Positions 30,252 to 41,447 of a stretch of 64,000 bases of DNA are shown here, in pieces (within the stretch, counting starts at the first letter, position 1; every line of letters begins with the position of its first letter). The position numbers were made by a program, and so were the translations under genes. The notes below the pieces were generated by a model, which saw nothing but the letters and a program-made list of their open reading frames with translations, was not told where the DNA came from and did not search any database. This DNA comes from an uncultured Gammaproteobacteria bacterium (GTDB taxonomy: Bacteria; Pseudomonadota; Gammaproteobacteria; JACCXJ01): assembly GCA_963764725.1 (NCBI GenBank), contig CAVXTM010000018.1:288001-352000 (forward strand), in the 5' to 3' direction.

Positions 30252-33200
30252 CTAGAAACTGAGCGTGACTCCCACGAAGATCGTACGATCTGGGGTAAAA
30301 GCGGAAACCGTACCCAAATCCGGCCCTATTTCCTGACCGGGAGGAATCGGGGTGAAAGCGCGAAAATTGTCGTCTTGATAACGAAATTCTTCGTCGAGTA
30401 GATTGCTGACCCCCACGCTGATGATCCCCCGACGCTTAGGTAGACGGTAACCGACGGCCGTATCGAGGGTCACGAAGTCCTCGCGGCCACGTGACTCGGG
30501 TGACAGCGAGGGAAATGTTTCGACCTCTTGCTGGACATAGGTCGCACCGAGGCCGGCAAAAAAGCCTGCTGGGTGAAAGTAGCGTAGGGTGAACGGCACG
30601 GTTGTCGTCTGTGTCAGTATTACGCGATCATCGGGAAAATCCCTCTGATCTTCTAATTCGAATCGATTGAACCGGTATTCGGCGCTGACGGCCCAGCGGT
30701 GTACAGGTGTCCAATAGAGGTAGACCCGGTAGAATTCTTCACGTACTGCTTCTTCTTGAACCGTCCCGTCAGCTATAAAATCAACGAGAGGAACTTCGAT
30801 ATCTCGTAGTGAGACTTCCAGCCCCCCGTAGAAGCCGTCGCTCATACGCGTATCGATGCCTATACCATAGCGCCTCGCGTGCGTGCCGGGCGAATCATCG
30901 AAAAACTGATTGAAGCCCGCGATTTCAGTGGGTTCGAGGGTCTGCTCGATGAGGACAGCGGGCCGCAAGGTTTCAAAGTAGGCCATCCGCACATGCAGGT
31001 TGTTGTTGACATTCCACTGCACGCCGACCTTAGGATGTAGCGCGTCGGTGACGTCGATATCGCGCTCGTCGTAAGAATCGTAGCTTAGGCCGAAGGTCCA
31101 AGAAACGTTATTGGGCCAGTTGAGGTGGCTATACAGGTAGGCGTTATGCTGGTCGCGCGAAAAAGAATTAAGGCCAAAGGCGGGGATGACAGCGAAACCC
31201 GGTATTATTACTCGACCGCTCGGCTCGATGTCCGTGTGATACACGCTGCCGCCAGCGCCCAGGCTGAAGCGTTCGATTCGAAAGAGATACTGGGCGTCGA
31301 ATTGATAACCCGTTTGATCCTGCAGAAACTCCGTCTGAACTAAATTAAACAGCCCGAAGTCACCCCGTTGTGAACTGGTTCGTTTATCTTCGATGTCCCC
31401 ATAGAGGGCCGAAACTACGAAATCGGAGTGGGGTGACAGCCTGATGTGAACCCCAATGCGTCCGGACTCCTCGGTGATGCTCTGCCGGCGCTCGGGTAGC
31501 ACATCAGGTAGCTCAGGATTACCGAAAAAATTTTTTGGATCGAAGTTCAACCGCAGGTCACCTTGCTCGCGGTCCTGAAAACGGTATTCGGTTTGGATAT
31601 CCAAGAACGGCGCGACGGCGACCTGGCCGAAAAGATCGTAGGCATTGTGCTTGAGATCGTTGTTGGCGCGGAAGCCCTTGGTATCGGAATGGAACTGCCC
31701 GAGACTCACGGCGTAGCGATCGTAGAGTCCCGAGAGCACGGCTTCCTCTCCCCAGGTGCTGTGATTCCCGCCAAAGGCCGAGGTCAGGAGCCGCACGCGG
31801 TTGCGTTCGAACAAGGGTGAGAATTCGTTGAACCCGGCATCGGCGGGACCCGCGAACCCGGCGATTCGGATATCCGAGGCGCTGCGGCTCGGGCGCACGG
31901 GGTTGCTCGTTACCGGTTGCAAGATCCGGGATTGCAGCAACTCGCTTCCTCGTGCGATTTCATGGCGTGCCAATCCCAAGTAGCTGTCCGAGAGCAGACG
32001 GTGAGCCGAATAGTTCGCGGGATTGAGGCTCAGCGACTTGGCGGACTCGACCACGGCGAGTTGCTGGAAACCGATATCGGTATAGATGCGCCCTAGGTTT
32101 GTGGTACGCGTTGCCCAATCGTCGTCGAGCAACAGACGGGATCGGTAGACCGCACGGTTGTCGTTGAGGGCGATCGATTTCTGCAGATTCTGCAACGCCT
32201 CGACGGGTCGATTGGTGGTTTGGTCAGAGATCGCCTCATAAAGCCAGGGAGTGGGGTCCTTGGGATCGAGTGCTTTGGCAGTATCGTATTCGCTGCGCGC
32301 CAGCTCGTCTCGCTTTTGTTCGTAGTAGGCCTTGCCCAGGTAGCTGCGAGTGAGCGATTGATTCGGGTCCAGAGTCGCGGCGATCTCGATGGCTTCGGTG
32401 CCTTCATCCAAGTCGCCCTGACGGATCTTCGCAAGGCCCAGCCCAAGCCGCGGGAGGGGGTCGGCCGAATCGAATCGGATGGCCTTCTCGAAGCTCGTTT
32501 GCGCATCCTCAAGCTGGATCTGCGCGAGCGCCACAAAGCCGAGCACGGTTTGGGTCCTGGCGAGCATCGGATCGAGGGCCACGGCCTTCTTCGCCGCCTT
32601 CAGGGCACGGCCGCGTCGGCCGAGCGATAACTCAAGCTCCGCGACGCGTGCCCAAGCGAGGCCGTTGTCTGGGGCGAGCTGAGTGGCCTGCTCCGAGCTC
32701 TCTAAGGCAGCTTCGATATCGAAGCTCGCCTGCTGCGCGTAGGACAAGGCGATGTGGGGAACCGGTGACTGCGGCTCATGCGCAACGGCTTGCCGGGCGA
32801 GGCGCAGGGCATTTTGCTTCTCGTTCTTCACCAATGCGATTATCGATTGCAAGGCCATGGCCGTTGCATCCGTATGCTGGAGACGAAGGGCTTGGGCGAT
32901 GTCGGATCGGGCCTCATCCACGCGGCCGATCGAGAGCAGCATCGCGGCCCTGAGATTGAAATAGCGCGCGTCGCGATAACCGGCCGGAAATTCGTCGAGT
33001 CTTGCTAAAGCCTCCAGCAGCTTGCCTTGACGATAGAGATAAAGCGCATCGCGGATACGGGAAGCATCGCCACCGGCATGGACCTCACTGCGGAAATCGA
33101 TAATGGGTGGATAGTAAAGCGCCCAAGCCACGGCATCTCGCGGGCGCATCACTAAAGACCGTTGCGGCGCTTGACCGGTCTTAGCGATGGCCTGCTGCCC

Positions 33201-33815
33201 GCTCTGAAGCCGGACGCGTCCGGCCCTGTTCTCGGCGAGCACCGTCCCGGAAAAGACCAGGATAGCGGTGTCGTCTGCGCGGACGTGCACGAGAAACTCC
33301 GTGCCCTCGATGTAGGCATTGAGAAAAGGCGTGATGACCTTGAACGATCGCGGCGTGCGGCTCAGGAAGTTGGCGGCGCCCTTTAACAGCTCCAACCATC
33401 TCGGAGCAGAAGGTGCGACCTTCGGAAAAGTGATCGCAGTAAGTTGATCGATCTGTAAGGTGGTTTCATCCTCCCTCAGCAGGATAGCGGCGCGGCTGCG
33501 CTCGGAGACGCGGATCATGTCGCCACCGCAAAAGGTCTGTTCCAAGCCGACCGGCTGCCAGCGCGTTGCGCCAGCGCTGCGCATTTCGACCTGGCCCTGA
33601 AGGGCGACCACCTTCGCGATCCAAGGCGTGCAGCCCGGCGCGTCAGCGGCCTCGGCGCGCTGGCTCGCTGTAACTATTACCAGCGCTATCAACGCTAGCA
33701 GCAGCCTCGTACAACCAGCAACCCGTGAACTGTCTTGCCGCATTTGTCGTTGCATCGCATCCCTTGTAAGGAGGCGATCCTGGAGACCTGCGTGCGCCCC
33801 CGCTCCCTCCATCAA
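30252..33815 (-). CDS. FecR-domain + TPR + outer-membrane beta-barrel (TonB-receptor-like) protein
   Basis: Hydrophobic N-terminal segment, FecR motifs (GDMIRV..SRAAILL..FKVITP..IEGTEF), multiple TPRs, amphipathic beta-strand C-terminal half ending GVTLSF. Confidence 0.9.
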   Translation of the reverse strand: MMEGAGAHAGLQDRLLTRDAMQRQMRQDSSRVAGCTRLLLALIALVIVTASQRAEAADAPGCTPWIAKVVALQGQVEMRSAGATRWQPVGLEQTFCGGDMIRVSERSRAAILLREDETTLQIDQLTAITFPKVAPSAPRWLELLKGAANFLSRTPRSFKVITPFLNAYIEGTEFLVHVRADDTAILVFSGTVLAENRAGRVRLQSGQQAIAKTGQAPQRSLVMRPRDAVAWALYYPPIIDFRSEVHAGGDASRIRDALYLYRQGKLLEALARLDEFPAGYRDARYFNLRAAMLLSIGRVDEARSDIAQALRLQHTDATAMALQSIIALVKNEKQNALRLARQAVAHEPQSPVPHIALSYAQQASFDIEAALESSEQATQLAPDNGLAWARVAELELSLGRRGRALKAAKKAVALDPMLARTQTVLGFVALAQIQLEDAQTSFEKAIRFDSADPLPRLGLGLAKIRQGDLDEGTEAIEIAATLDPNQSLTRSYLGKAYYEQKRDELARSEYDTAKALDPKDPTPWLYEAISDQTTNRPVEALQNLQKSIALNDNRAVYRSRLLLDDDWATRTTNLGRIYTDIGFQQLAVVESAKSLSLNPANYSAHRLLSDSYLGLARHEIARGSELLQSRILQPVTSNPVRPSRSASDIRIAGFAGPADAGFNEFSPLFERNRVRLLTSAFGGNHSTWGEEAVLSGLYDRYAVSLGQFHSDTKGFRANNDLKHNAYDLFGQVAVAPFLDIQTEYRFQDREQGDLRLNFDPKNFFGNPELPDVLPERRQSITEESGRIGVHIRLSPHSDFVVSALYGDIEDKRTSSQRGDFGLFNLVQTEFLQDQTGYQFDAQYLFRIERFSLGAGGSVYHTDIEPSGRVIIPGFAVIPAFGLNSFSRDQHNAYLYSHLNWPNNVSWTFGLSYDSYDERDIDVTDALHPKVGVQWNVNNNLHVRMAYFETLRPAVLIEQTLEPTEIAGFNQFFDDSPGTHARRYGIGIDTRMSDGFYGGLEVSLRDIEVPLVDFIADGTVQEEAVREEFYRVYLYWTPVHRWAVSAEYRFNRFELEDQRDFPDDRVILTQTTTVPFTLRYFHPAGFFAGLGATYVQQEVETFPSLSPESRGREDFVTLDTAVGYRLPKRRGIISVGVSNLLDEEFRYQDDNFRAFTPIPPGQEIGPDLGTVSAFTPDRTIFVGVTLSF

Positions 33816-33899
33816 CTATAGCACGCCGCTCACGCGCCATCTAATACAGCATTGTAACCGCACCTAGGGTACTGGCCGGTCTCCCGTTCACGGTAGCAG

Positions 33900-36170
33900 C
33901 TATCGTCGGATCACCGGGTCCCACACCCCGGAGCGCGGATGGTGTTTATAGAATTCGCATTGCCGGAGGTAGAAATGCGCCGGCCCATCCTCAGGAAATA
34001 CTTCTAAGATCTCCAGTAATTGCTCAATGCTCGTTTGCCATTGCCCGTCTTTGTAGGCGTCGAGCGCATCGGCGAATGCGGCGCAAAGCCATACGACATT
34101 ACCACTGCGAGGTGTATTCAAAAGCTCTGCTTTACGTCCGAGCAGTTCGTAGATGTCTAGGGGTAGCGTCAATCCGGCAAATACAAACGCGCCGACGGGC
34201 CGTATCAACAAACCTGCTAAACCGTCGACCACATCCTTGGATGCGAGGATCCGCGTGCGCAATAGCTTGTTAAGACTTTGGATCCGTTGCGACGTGTTAA
34301 CGATGACGCCAAAGCTGCGATAGTGTTGCGTGGTTCCGATCCGGAGCCCTCCCACGGCGATGCGACCGGTATGCAACCCAATTCTGGTGGCGAGCGCTGG
34401 ATATTCCGGTTCTTTTTGGAAAGACGCAAGTGCTTCACACATATCCAGCGCCCCATCACACGCTTGCTGTCGAAGATGGATATCCGGTTTCGCGGCAGCC
34501 CAAATCGCCAGCATCGCATCACCCGTTTGATCCGATACAAACCCCTCGTGACGGGTGACCGGTTGAGCGATGGTTCTAAAATATTCGTCCATCATCGCGC
34601 TGAGCGCGATCGGATCCATGCTTTCGGATAACGACGTAAATCCCTCAATATCGGTATGCAAACAGGTTCCGTAAACTAAGCCGCTAGTCTTTCGCACAAT
34701 TTCAGGCGACTTCACGATCTGGTCAATTCCGTTGGGAGGCAGCCATTCAGTTAACGCTAGGCGGATCGTCGCTACGCGTCGTTCTAGGTCCTTACGGTTA
34801 CGCGCCACGGCGAGCGTGCTCCCAAAGAGTAGTTGAACGAGCGGTACGACCATGGGCAACCATAGCCCAGCGGCTGTAAAAACGTACAATGCGATGCCCA
34901 AGTAGCCTAGTCCAAAGCCGAGGGTGATCCCAAGTGCAACCGCGGTGCTGTACGAACGCCACAAGACGCTGATGAGAAATCCCCACCCGATAATGATCCC
35001 AAAACTCGCCGGATACCCGAGTCGCCGCACGGGCATGTCTTCTATAACGTTTCCAACAGCGGTTGCCGCTATCTCCACCCCGCTCAGTTTGACTCCGCTC
35101 GGGTCTGAATATACGGTCTCAAAAATATCCTTGTCTTTCTGCTCCACAGGTGATGTTTCGGACATTCCAATAATGATCAATTTGCCACGAAAGACATTCT
35201 GCTCATTGCAGTTACTAACCAATCCGGCGAGCCGCACGGCCTCTGGGTAGTTGATGGTTGTGACGCTGCGCGGCGGACCATAAAAGTTGAGATATTGCCA
35301 ATCGTCACTTTGATATAGATGAATAAGCGCTTTAATAGTCTGCTTCGTTGATTGTGTTAATTGAAGATGCCCGCCTTTGTCGAGCTCCGCCAGCATTTGG
35401 TAACCTATCTCTGGTTCCGTCTTGAAAAGCTCGCGCAAACGAAGGACAAGATGCGTGATACCTTTAGACGCAATGACTTGCTTCTTACTTGCAGGGAGTC
35501 TTGCAGCTTGTTCTGGACTAAGCTTCGTCAGGAGCCGAAGAAAATCCTCGTATGCGTCTAGTGCATAGAGCTGAAATGCGAGCGTAGGGAGTGTCGCGAT
35601 ATCACCCGCACTCGTCTTGAAGACCCAAAGTCCCGTCACTCCTACAGGTGCATTGGGTAATGGAAACGGGGCAACGCCGGCCGCTGCCTCCGCGAGCACG
35701 GGTACTGGAAAATAAGTCATCTGGATGTTTGCTTGGGGTACGCTTGGTAGAAGCTCATCTTCCATGATCCCCAAGTGGCCGACCAGGATGACGTTGCCAG
35801 CGTCACGTATGGCTTCAGCAAACACCCGGTCTTCGCCGGATGAACGGGGAGCGCCGAAAAACATGTCGTATACGATGACCTGAGCACACGCTTTGGAGAG
35901 CTCTCGGACAAGCTGTGCGTGTAAGGTGCGCGGCCATTGGTCGGGTTTCTCTGGCCATCCACTCTTTTTTGCACTGCGGCGGTCCGCAGCGATTATCACG
36001 ACCTCCGACGGTGCCCCTATTGGCCCCCGGGCCCAGAAGAGCCACCCCAAACCGTATCGCTCCTCTACGTCTAAACCATACGGCGCCCAGCTCAACAATA
36101 GTCCGATGAAGGTGACGAGTAATGCGAGGTAGAGACCTTTTAGTTCGCTTGTCCCCTTAATAAATGCCAA
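33900..36170 (-). CDS. CHASE2-domain class III nucleotide cyclase
   Basis: CHASE2 (WPRTLHAQLV..YDMFF, SGVEI.A), 3 TMs, TDIEGFT, GDA, RIGLHTG, VNTSQR. Confidence 0.92.
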   Translation of the reverse strand: MAFIKGTSELKGLYLALLVTFIGLLLSWAPYGLDVEERYGLGWLFWARGPIGAPSEVVIIAADRRSAKKSGWPEKPDQWPRTLHAQLVRELSKACAQVIVYDMFFGAPRSSGEDRVFAEAIRDAGNVILVGHLGIMEDELLPSVPQANIQMTYFPVPVLAEAAAGVAPFPLPNAPVGVTGLWVFKTSAGDIATLPTLAFQLYALDAYEDFLRLLTKLSPEQAARLPASKKQVIASKGITHLVLRLRELFKTEPEIGYQMLAELDKGGHLQLTQSTKQTIKALIHLYQSDDWQYLNFYGPPRSVTTINYPEAVRLAGLVSNCNEQNVFRGKLIIIGMSETSPVEQKDKDIFETVYSDPSGVKLSGVEIAATAVGNVIEDMPVRRLGYPASFGIIIGWGFLISVLWRSYSTAVALGITLGFGLGYLGIALYVFTAAGLWLPMVVPLVQLLFGSTLAVARNRKDLERRVATIRLALTEWLPPNGIDQIVKSPEIVRKTSGLVYGTCLHTDIEGFTSLSESMDPIALSAMMDEYFRTIAQPVTRHEGFVSDQTGDAMLAIWAAAKPDIHLRQQACDGALDMCEALASFQKEPEYPALATRIGLHTGRIAVGGLRIGTTQHYRSFGVIVNTSQRIQSLNKLLRTRILASKDVVDGLAGLLIRPVGAFVFAGLTLPLDIYELLGRKAELLNTPRSGNVVWLCAAFADALDAYKDGQWQTSIEQLLEILEVFPEDGPAHFYLRQCEFYKHHPRSGVWDPVIRR

Positions 36171-36401
36171 GTGACACCGCCGAAACAGCTCAATTTAAGT
36201 GCGAATAGCGATACTTTGGCGCGCCCGAGAAACACTTCTATGCGAACTGGGCCGGGCGGTAGATTCCCGGGTTCTCTGCCTGCTGAGGCAGATGAAGTTG
36301 TTGGAGTGGTTTTGTCCAACATGTGGGACGGAAGAATAACTCGGAGAAGACTATGTTATGTCCCAATTCTACCTTGGGTAAAGATAGTACGGATTTTATG
36401 A

Positions 36402-36482
<81 letters not shown>

Positions 36483-36516
36483 GAGGAATTGTACCCCGCT
36501 GTCGGCGCGCTGCCCA

Positions 36517-36873
36517 TCACCGTCGCAGGATATCGAGCACTTGCTCGAGCTCGACGCGCAACTGCCGGATGATTTGTTGGCTTACGCTAGAATCGGCTTT
36601 CACTTCGTCCCCCGAGAGCCGCTGCCGCGCCCCGCCGATGGTAAACCCTTGTTCATACAGGAGGCTGCGGATCTGCCGGATCAGGATCACATCCTGTCGC
36701 TGATAGTAACGTCGATTGCCGCGGCGCTTGATCGGCTTTAACTGCGGAAACTCCTGTTCCCAATAGCGCAGTACATGGGGTTTTACCGCGCACAGATCGC
36801 TCACTTCACCGATGGTGAAATAGCGCTTTCCCGGGATCGCGGGGAGTTCGTTATTGTTCGATGCTTCCAGCAT
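36517..36873 (-). CDS. MerR-family transcriptional regulator (ihfA-associated)
   Basis: [28 protein letters not shown]. Confidence 0.95.
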   Translation of the reverse strand: MLEASNNNELPAIPGKRYFTIGEVSDLCAVKPHVLRYWEQEFPQLKPIKRRGNRRYYQRQDVILIRQIRSLLYEQGFTIGGARQRLSGDEVKADSSVSQQIIRQLRVELEQVLDILRR

Positions 36874-37159
36874 ACGCTTCTACCCTGGCCTTTAATTTTT
36901 GTCCTGGCCGGAACGTCACCACCCGGCGAGCACTGATGGGTATCGCCTCTCCGGTTTTCGGATTGCGGCCGGGGCGCCGGTTCTTCTTTCTGAGATCGAA
37001 ATTTCCAAAACCGGAAAGCTTGACCTGCCGCCCACTCTCTAACGCCGCCCGGACCTCCTCGAAGAATTGTTCCACCAGCTCTTTGGCCTCACGCTTATTC
37101 AAGCCAACCTCTTCGTAAAGCTTTACCGCCATCCCAGCCTTGGTCAGCGCCGCGTTCAT
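36851..37159 (-). CDS. ihfA: Integration host factor alpha
   Basis: [30 protein letters not shown]; GGAGG RBS before ATG at 37159. Confidence 0.98.
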   Translation of the reverse strand: MNAALTKAGMAVKLYEEVGLNKREAKELVEQFFEEVRAALESGRQVKLSGFGNFDLRKKNRRPGRNPKTGEAIPISARRVVTFRPGQKLKARVEAYAGSIEQ

Positions 37160-37213
37160 ATCCTCCTCCTCGTCGTTAGACACTGCAAACTACCCTCGCG
37201 CCCGGCCGAGCGC

Positions 37214-39589
37214 TTAGGTCCGCACTGTGACCTCGAACCGTTCCTGCAACCGTTTTAGGACCCGCTCGACCGCCTGATCGACTTCAACGTCTATTAGAGT
37301 GCTTGAAGTCCCTTGAAAGATCAAGCCCAAGGCAATACTTTTTTTCTTCGGATCAATACGTTCGCCCTCATATAAATCAAACAACTGGAAGTCCTTTAGC
37401 CCATCGGGTGCTGTTTCCGCGACGCACCGTATCAGCTCATCGGCCGCAACGCCGCGGTCTACCAACAGGCTAATATCGCGCCTAACCATCGGTAACTTCG
37501 AGATAGGGCTGAATCGTGGGACCGATCCTTGGGTGAGAAGGTTTAACTCGAGCTCGAAGAGGAATACCGGTGGTTCCAGCCCGAGGGCCGCCGCCAGCCC
37601 GGGGTGCAGGGCGCCGAAGATGCCGAGCGATTGGTTCCCTTTGTGAACCCTACTCGCATGGTATGGATGTAACGTGGGGTGCTCAGTGGGTCGATAAGAA
37701 AGACCTTCGGGCATGTCGCCGCGGAGCCCCAAGAGGGCCTCGACATCGCCTTTAAGATCGAAAAAATCGGCCCCCCGCTTGGGCTCGGCCCATTGCTCCG
37801 GATGTTGGAGACCCCAGAGCACGCCCCCCAACATCGGCCGCTGGTCGATTCCTCCTCGTCCGCGGACGAAGGTCAGCCCGCTTTCGAACAAGCGCACGCG
37901 GTCGCATTGACGGTTCTGGTTGTACTTGAGCGCTTGCAGGAGCCCGGCCCAGAGGCTCGTCCGCATGACCGCCATATCGCTCGCGATCGGATTAGCTAGC
38001 GCCACGGGTTCGAGATCGGGTGTGAGGCGCGCCTGCACAGCGGGGTCCACAAAACTATAGGTAATCGCCTCCTGATAGCCGCGCTCAACCAAGACCTGGC
38101 GAATGCGGCCGAGATCGATCTGGGCCTCTGGACGCCCGCGCATGCTCATAAGCTGCCGTGGCGGTTGTCCGGGGATGGTCTCGTAGCCCCGGATGCGTGC
38201 CACTTCCTCGATGAGATCGGGCTCGATGGCCAGATCGAACCGGAACGAAGGCGGGACGCAGTCCCAAACGCCATCTCCGCCGCTCACCCGCACCCCCAGG
38301 CGAGTCAGAATAGTTTCCACTTCCGTCGCCGCGACCTCCGTTCCCAAGACCCGCGCGATACGGCTGGCCCGTAATTTTATCACCTGGCGCTGGGGAAGAT
38401 GTTCTGCGTAGAGGCGATCCACCACGGGGCCCGGCTGACCGCCGCAGATCGCCACCAAGAGCTCGCTCGCGCGCTCGATGGCCCGAACTTGGAGATCGAA
38501 ATCGACGCCACGCTCGAAGCGGTGTGAGGAATCGGTTTGTAGATGGTAGCGGCGCGCCTTGCCGGCCACGCTCACCGGTGTGAAAAAGGCGCTTTCCAGG
38601 AACACCGCGCGCGTCGCCACGGTGACCGCCGTCTCCACCCCCCCCATGATCCCGGCCAAGGCCACCGGTTGCTTGGCATCCGCGATCACCAAGGTGTCCG
38701 CATCCAGCTCCAACGTCTGTCCGTCGAGGAGCGCGAGCCGCTCACCCGGATGGCTAAAGCGCACGACGATGGCTTCTTGGAGTTTCTCGAGATCGAAAGC
38801 GTGCATCGGCTGTCCGAGCTCCAGCATCACGAAATTGGTGACATCGACGACCGAACTAACGCTGCGTAGACCGCTGCGGCGCAAGCGTTCGCGCATCCAC
38901 AGCGGCGTCTCGGCCCGTGGATCGATCCCGCGCACTACGCGGCCGGCGTAATGCGGACAGGCGTCCGGGGCGGCGATCGTAAGCGGCCAAACCTCATCGA
39001 TTCCGGGCAGGACCCGATGGGGCGCGGGGCCATGGATAGGACAGCCATAAAGAACGCCGATCTCGCGGGCGAGCCCGGCCACCCCCAAGCAATCACCCCG
39101 GTTCGGGGTAAGAGCCACATCGAGCGCCTGGTCCGCGAGTGCCAATGCCTCCCAAACATCCGCTCCAACGGGTAGGGTGAGCGGAAGCTCCAGGATACCC
39201 TCGCCGGTCCCGGCCAATCCCAGCTCGTCGGGAGAGCAGAGCATACCCTCTGAAATCACCCCCTCGAAGGATGCGCGTTCGATGATCCTGCCGCCAGGCA
39301 GATCTGCGCCTATGCGGGCGAGAGGGACGCGCATGCCGATGCGCACGTTGCTGGCGCCACAGACGACTACGGCCGGATCTCCGTAGCTCACGGTGCAGAC
39401 GCGCAGATGCGCAAGCGTCGGGTGCGGGTGTAGCGCTTCGATCTCCGCCGCAACGACACCCCGGAACTCCTTTGCCACCGGCTCCACCGATTCGACCTCC
39501 AACCCCGCCAGGGTGAGGCGTTCGGCCAGTTCCGCCGTCGCCACCGGCGGATTGACCCACTCCCTGAGCCAGGCTTCACTCACACGCAT
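37214..39589 (-). CDS. pheT: Phenylalanine-tRNA ligase beta subunit
   Basis: VCGA.N, TPNRGDCL, RFERGVD, DLIEEVAR. Confidence 0.98.
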   Translation of the reverse strand: MRVSEAWLREWVNPPVATAELAERLTLAGLEVESVEPVAKEFRGVVAAEIEALHPHPTLAHLRVCTVSYGDPAVVVCGASNVRIGMRVPLARIGADLPGGRIIERASFEGVISEGMLCSPDELGLAGTGEGILELPLTLPVGADVWEALALADQALDVALTPNRGDCLGVAGLAREIGVLYGCPIHGPAPHRVLPGIDEVWPLTIAAPDACPHYAGRVVRGIDPRAETPLWMRERLRRSGLRSVSSVVDVTNFVMLELGQPMHAFDLEKLQEAIVVRFSHPGERLALLDGQTLELDADTLVIADAKQPVALAGIMGGVETAVTVATRAVFLESAFFTPVSVAGKARRYHLQTDSSHRFERGVDFDLQVRAIERASELLVAICGGQPGPVVDRLYAEHLPQRQVIKLRASRIARVLGTEVAATEVETILTRLGVRVSGGDGVWDCVPPSFRFDLAIEPDLIEEVARIRGYETIPGQPPRQLMSMRGRPEAQIDLGRIRQVLVERGYQEAITYSFVDPAVQARLTPDLEPVALANPIASDMAVMRTSLWAGLLQALKYNQNRQCDRVRLFESGLTFVRGRGGIDQRPMLGGVLWGLQHPEQWAEPKRGADFFDLKGDVEALLGLRGDMPEGLSYRPTEHPTLHPYHASRVHKGNQSLGIFGALHPGLAAALGLEPPVFLFELELNLLTQGSVPRFSPISKLPMVRRDISLLVDRGVAADELIRCVAETAPDGLKDFQLFDLYEGERIDPKKKSIALGLIFQGTSSTLIDVEVDQAVERVLKRLQERFEVTVRT

Positions 39590-39608
39590 GCTATGGTCCT
39601 ACGGTCGA

Positions 39609-40646
<1,038 letters not shown>

Positions 40647-40653
40647 CTAAAAC

Positions 40654-40683
40654 AAAAAAAGGGGATAGGCTGTCCCTTCCCCT
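40654..40683 (-). terminator. Putative intrinsic terminator between rplT and pheS
   Basis: Minus strand AGGGGA..TCCCCT hairpin followed by a T tract. Confidence 0.6.
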
Positions 40684-40729
40684 AACCCTGCTCGGTTACC
40701 GACGGTTTATCTTCGCTAGCGTCGGTCGC

Positions 40730-41083
40730 TCATAACGCGGCCTTGGCGGCCTTCGCGATTTCGGCAAACGCGGCCTGGTCGCTGACGGCGAGGTGGGCGA
40801 GCACCTTGCGGTCGATTTCGATGGCTGCCTTGTGCAGACCGTCCATTAAGCGGCTGTAGGACAACCCACATTGCCGGGCCGCGGCATTGATGCGCACGAT
40901 CCACAAGGCCCGGAACTGACGTTTGCGCTGCCGCCGATCGCGATAGGCGTATTGCTGGGCACGGGTGACGCATTGTTTGGCGATCCGATAGACATTCTTG
41001 CGCCGGCCGCGATAGCCCTTCGCCTGTGCGAGGACCTTCTTGTGTCTTGCGCGCGCGGTGACTCCGCGCTTTACTCTTGGCAT
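40730..41083 (-). CDS. rplT: 50S ribosomal protein L20
   Basis: [32 protein letters not shown]. Confidence 0.98.
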   Translation of the reverse strand: MPRVKRGVTARARHKKVLAQAKGYRGRRKNVYRIAKQCVTRAQQYAYRDRRQRKRQFRALWIVRINAAARQCGLSYSRLMDGLHKAAIEIDRKVLAHLAVSDQAAFAEIAKAAKAAL

Positions 41084-41100
41084 AGCAGCATACTCATTCC

Positions 41101-41298
41101 CTAGGAATACGGCATCAGTTTGGTGATCGCGCGCTGGTCGGAACCGTGGATGATCAGCAACCCGCACAATTGCCGTTTCCGCTTGGCGCTCTTCTTGGTC
41201 AAGATGTGGCTCTTGTACGCTTGGCGGTGCTTGAACCGGCCCGATGCGGTGCGCTTGAACCGCTTCGCCGCGCCTCGATTGGTTTTTAACTTTGGCAC
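41101..41298 (-). CDS. rpmI: 50S ribosomal protein L35
   Basis: [21 protein letters not shown]. Confidence 0.98.
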   Translation of the reverse strand: MPKLKTNRGAAKRFKRTASGRFKHRQAYKSHILTKKSAKRKRQLCGLLIIHGSDQRAITKLMPYS

Positions 41299-41321
41299 TT
41301 CCTACTCCCGATAACCGTGCT

Positions 41322-41442
41322 TATTAAACGCATACCCCGCGGTCTTGCCGCGGGTACCTTAGCGATGGGGTTTCCAAAGGGGAGAAGCGCAGCTCTCCCC
41401 TTTGGTCAGGGCGGAGTTCACACCCCGCTCGCGAAGTATATT
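41322..41442 (-). repeat. ~120-bp palindrome-rich dispersed repeat, copy 2
   Basis: Reverse complement matches 6490-6608; sits between infC and rpmI. Confidence 0.85.
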
Positions 41443-41447
41443 AGCTA

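Noticed and set aside
36217-36230. TGGCGCGCCCGAGA resembles the reverse complement of a tRNA-Arg 3' end (possible att remnant)
   Set aside because: Only 14 bp, GC-rich, with no partner in the window
40684-40735. pheM-like attenuator peptide upstream of pheS
   Set aside because: No Phe-rich mini-ORF; only a terminator-like hairpin is visible
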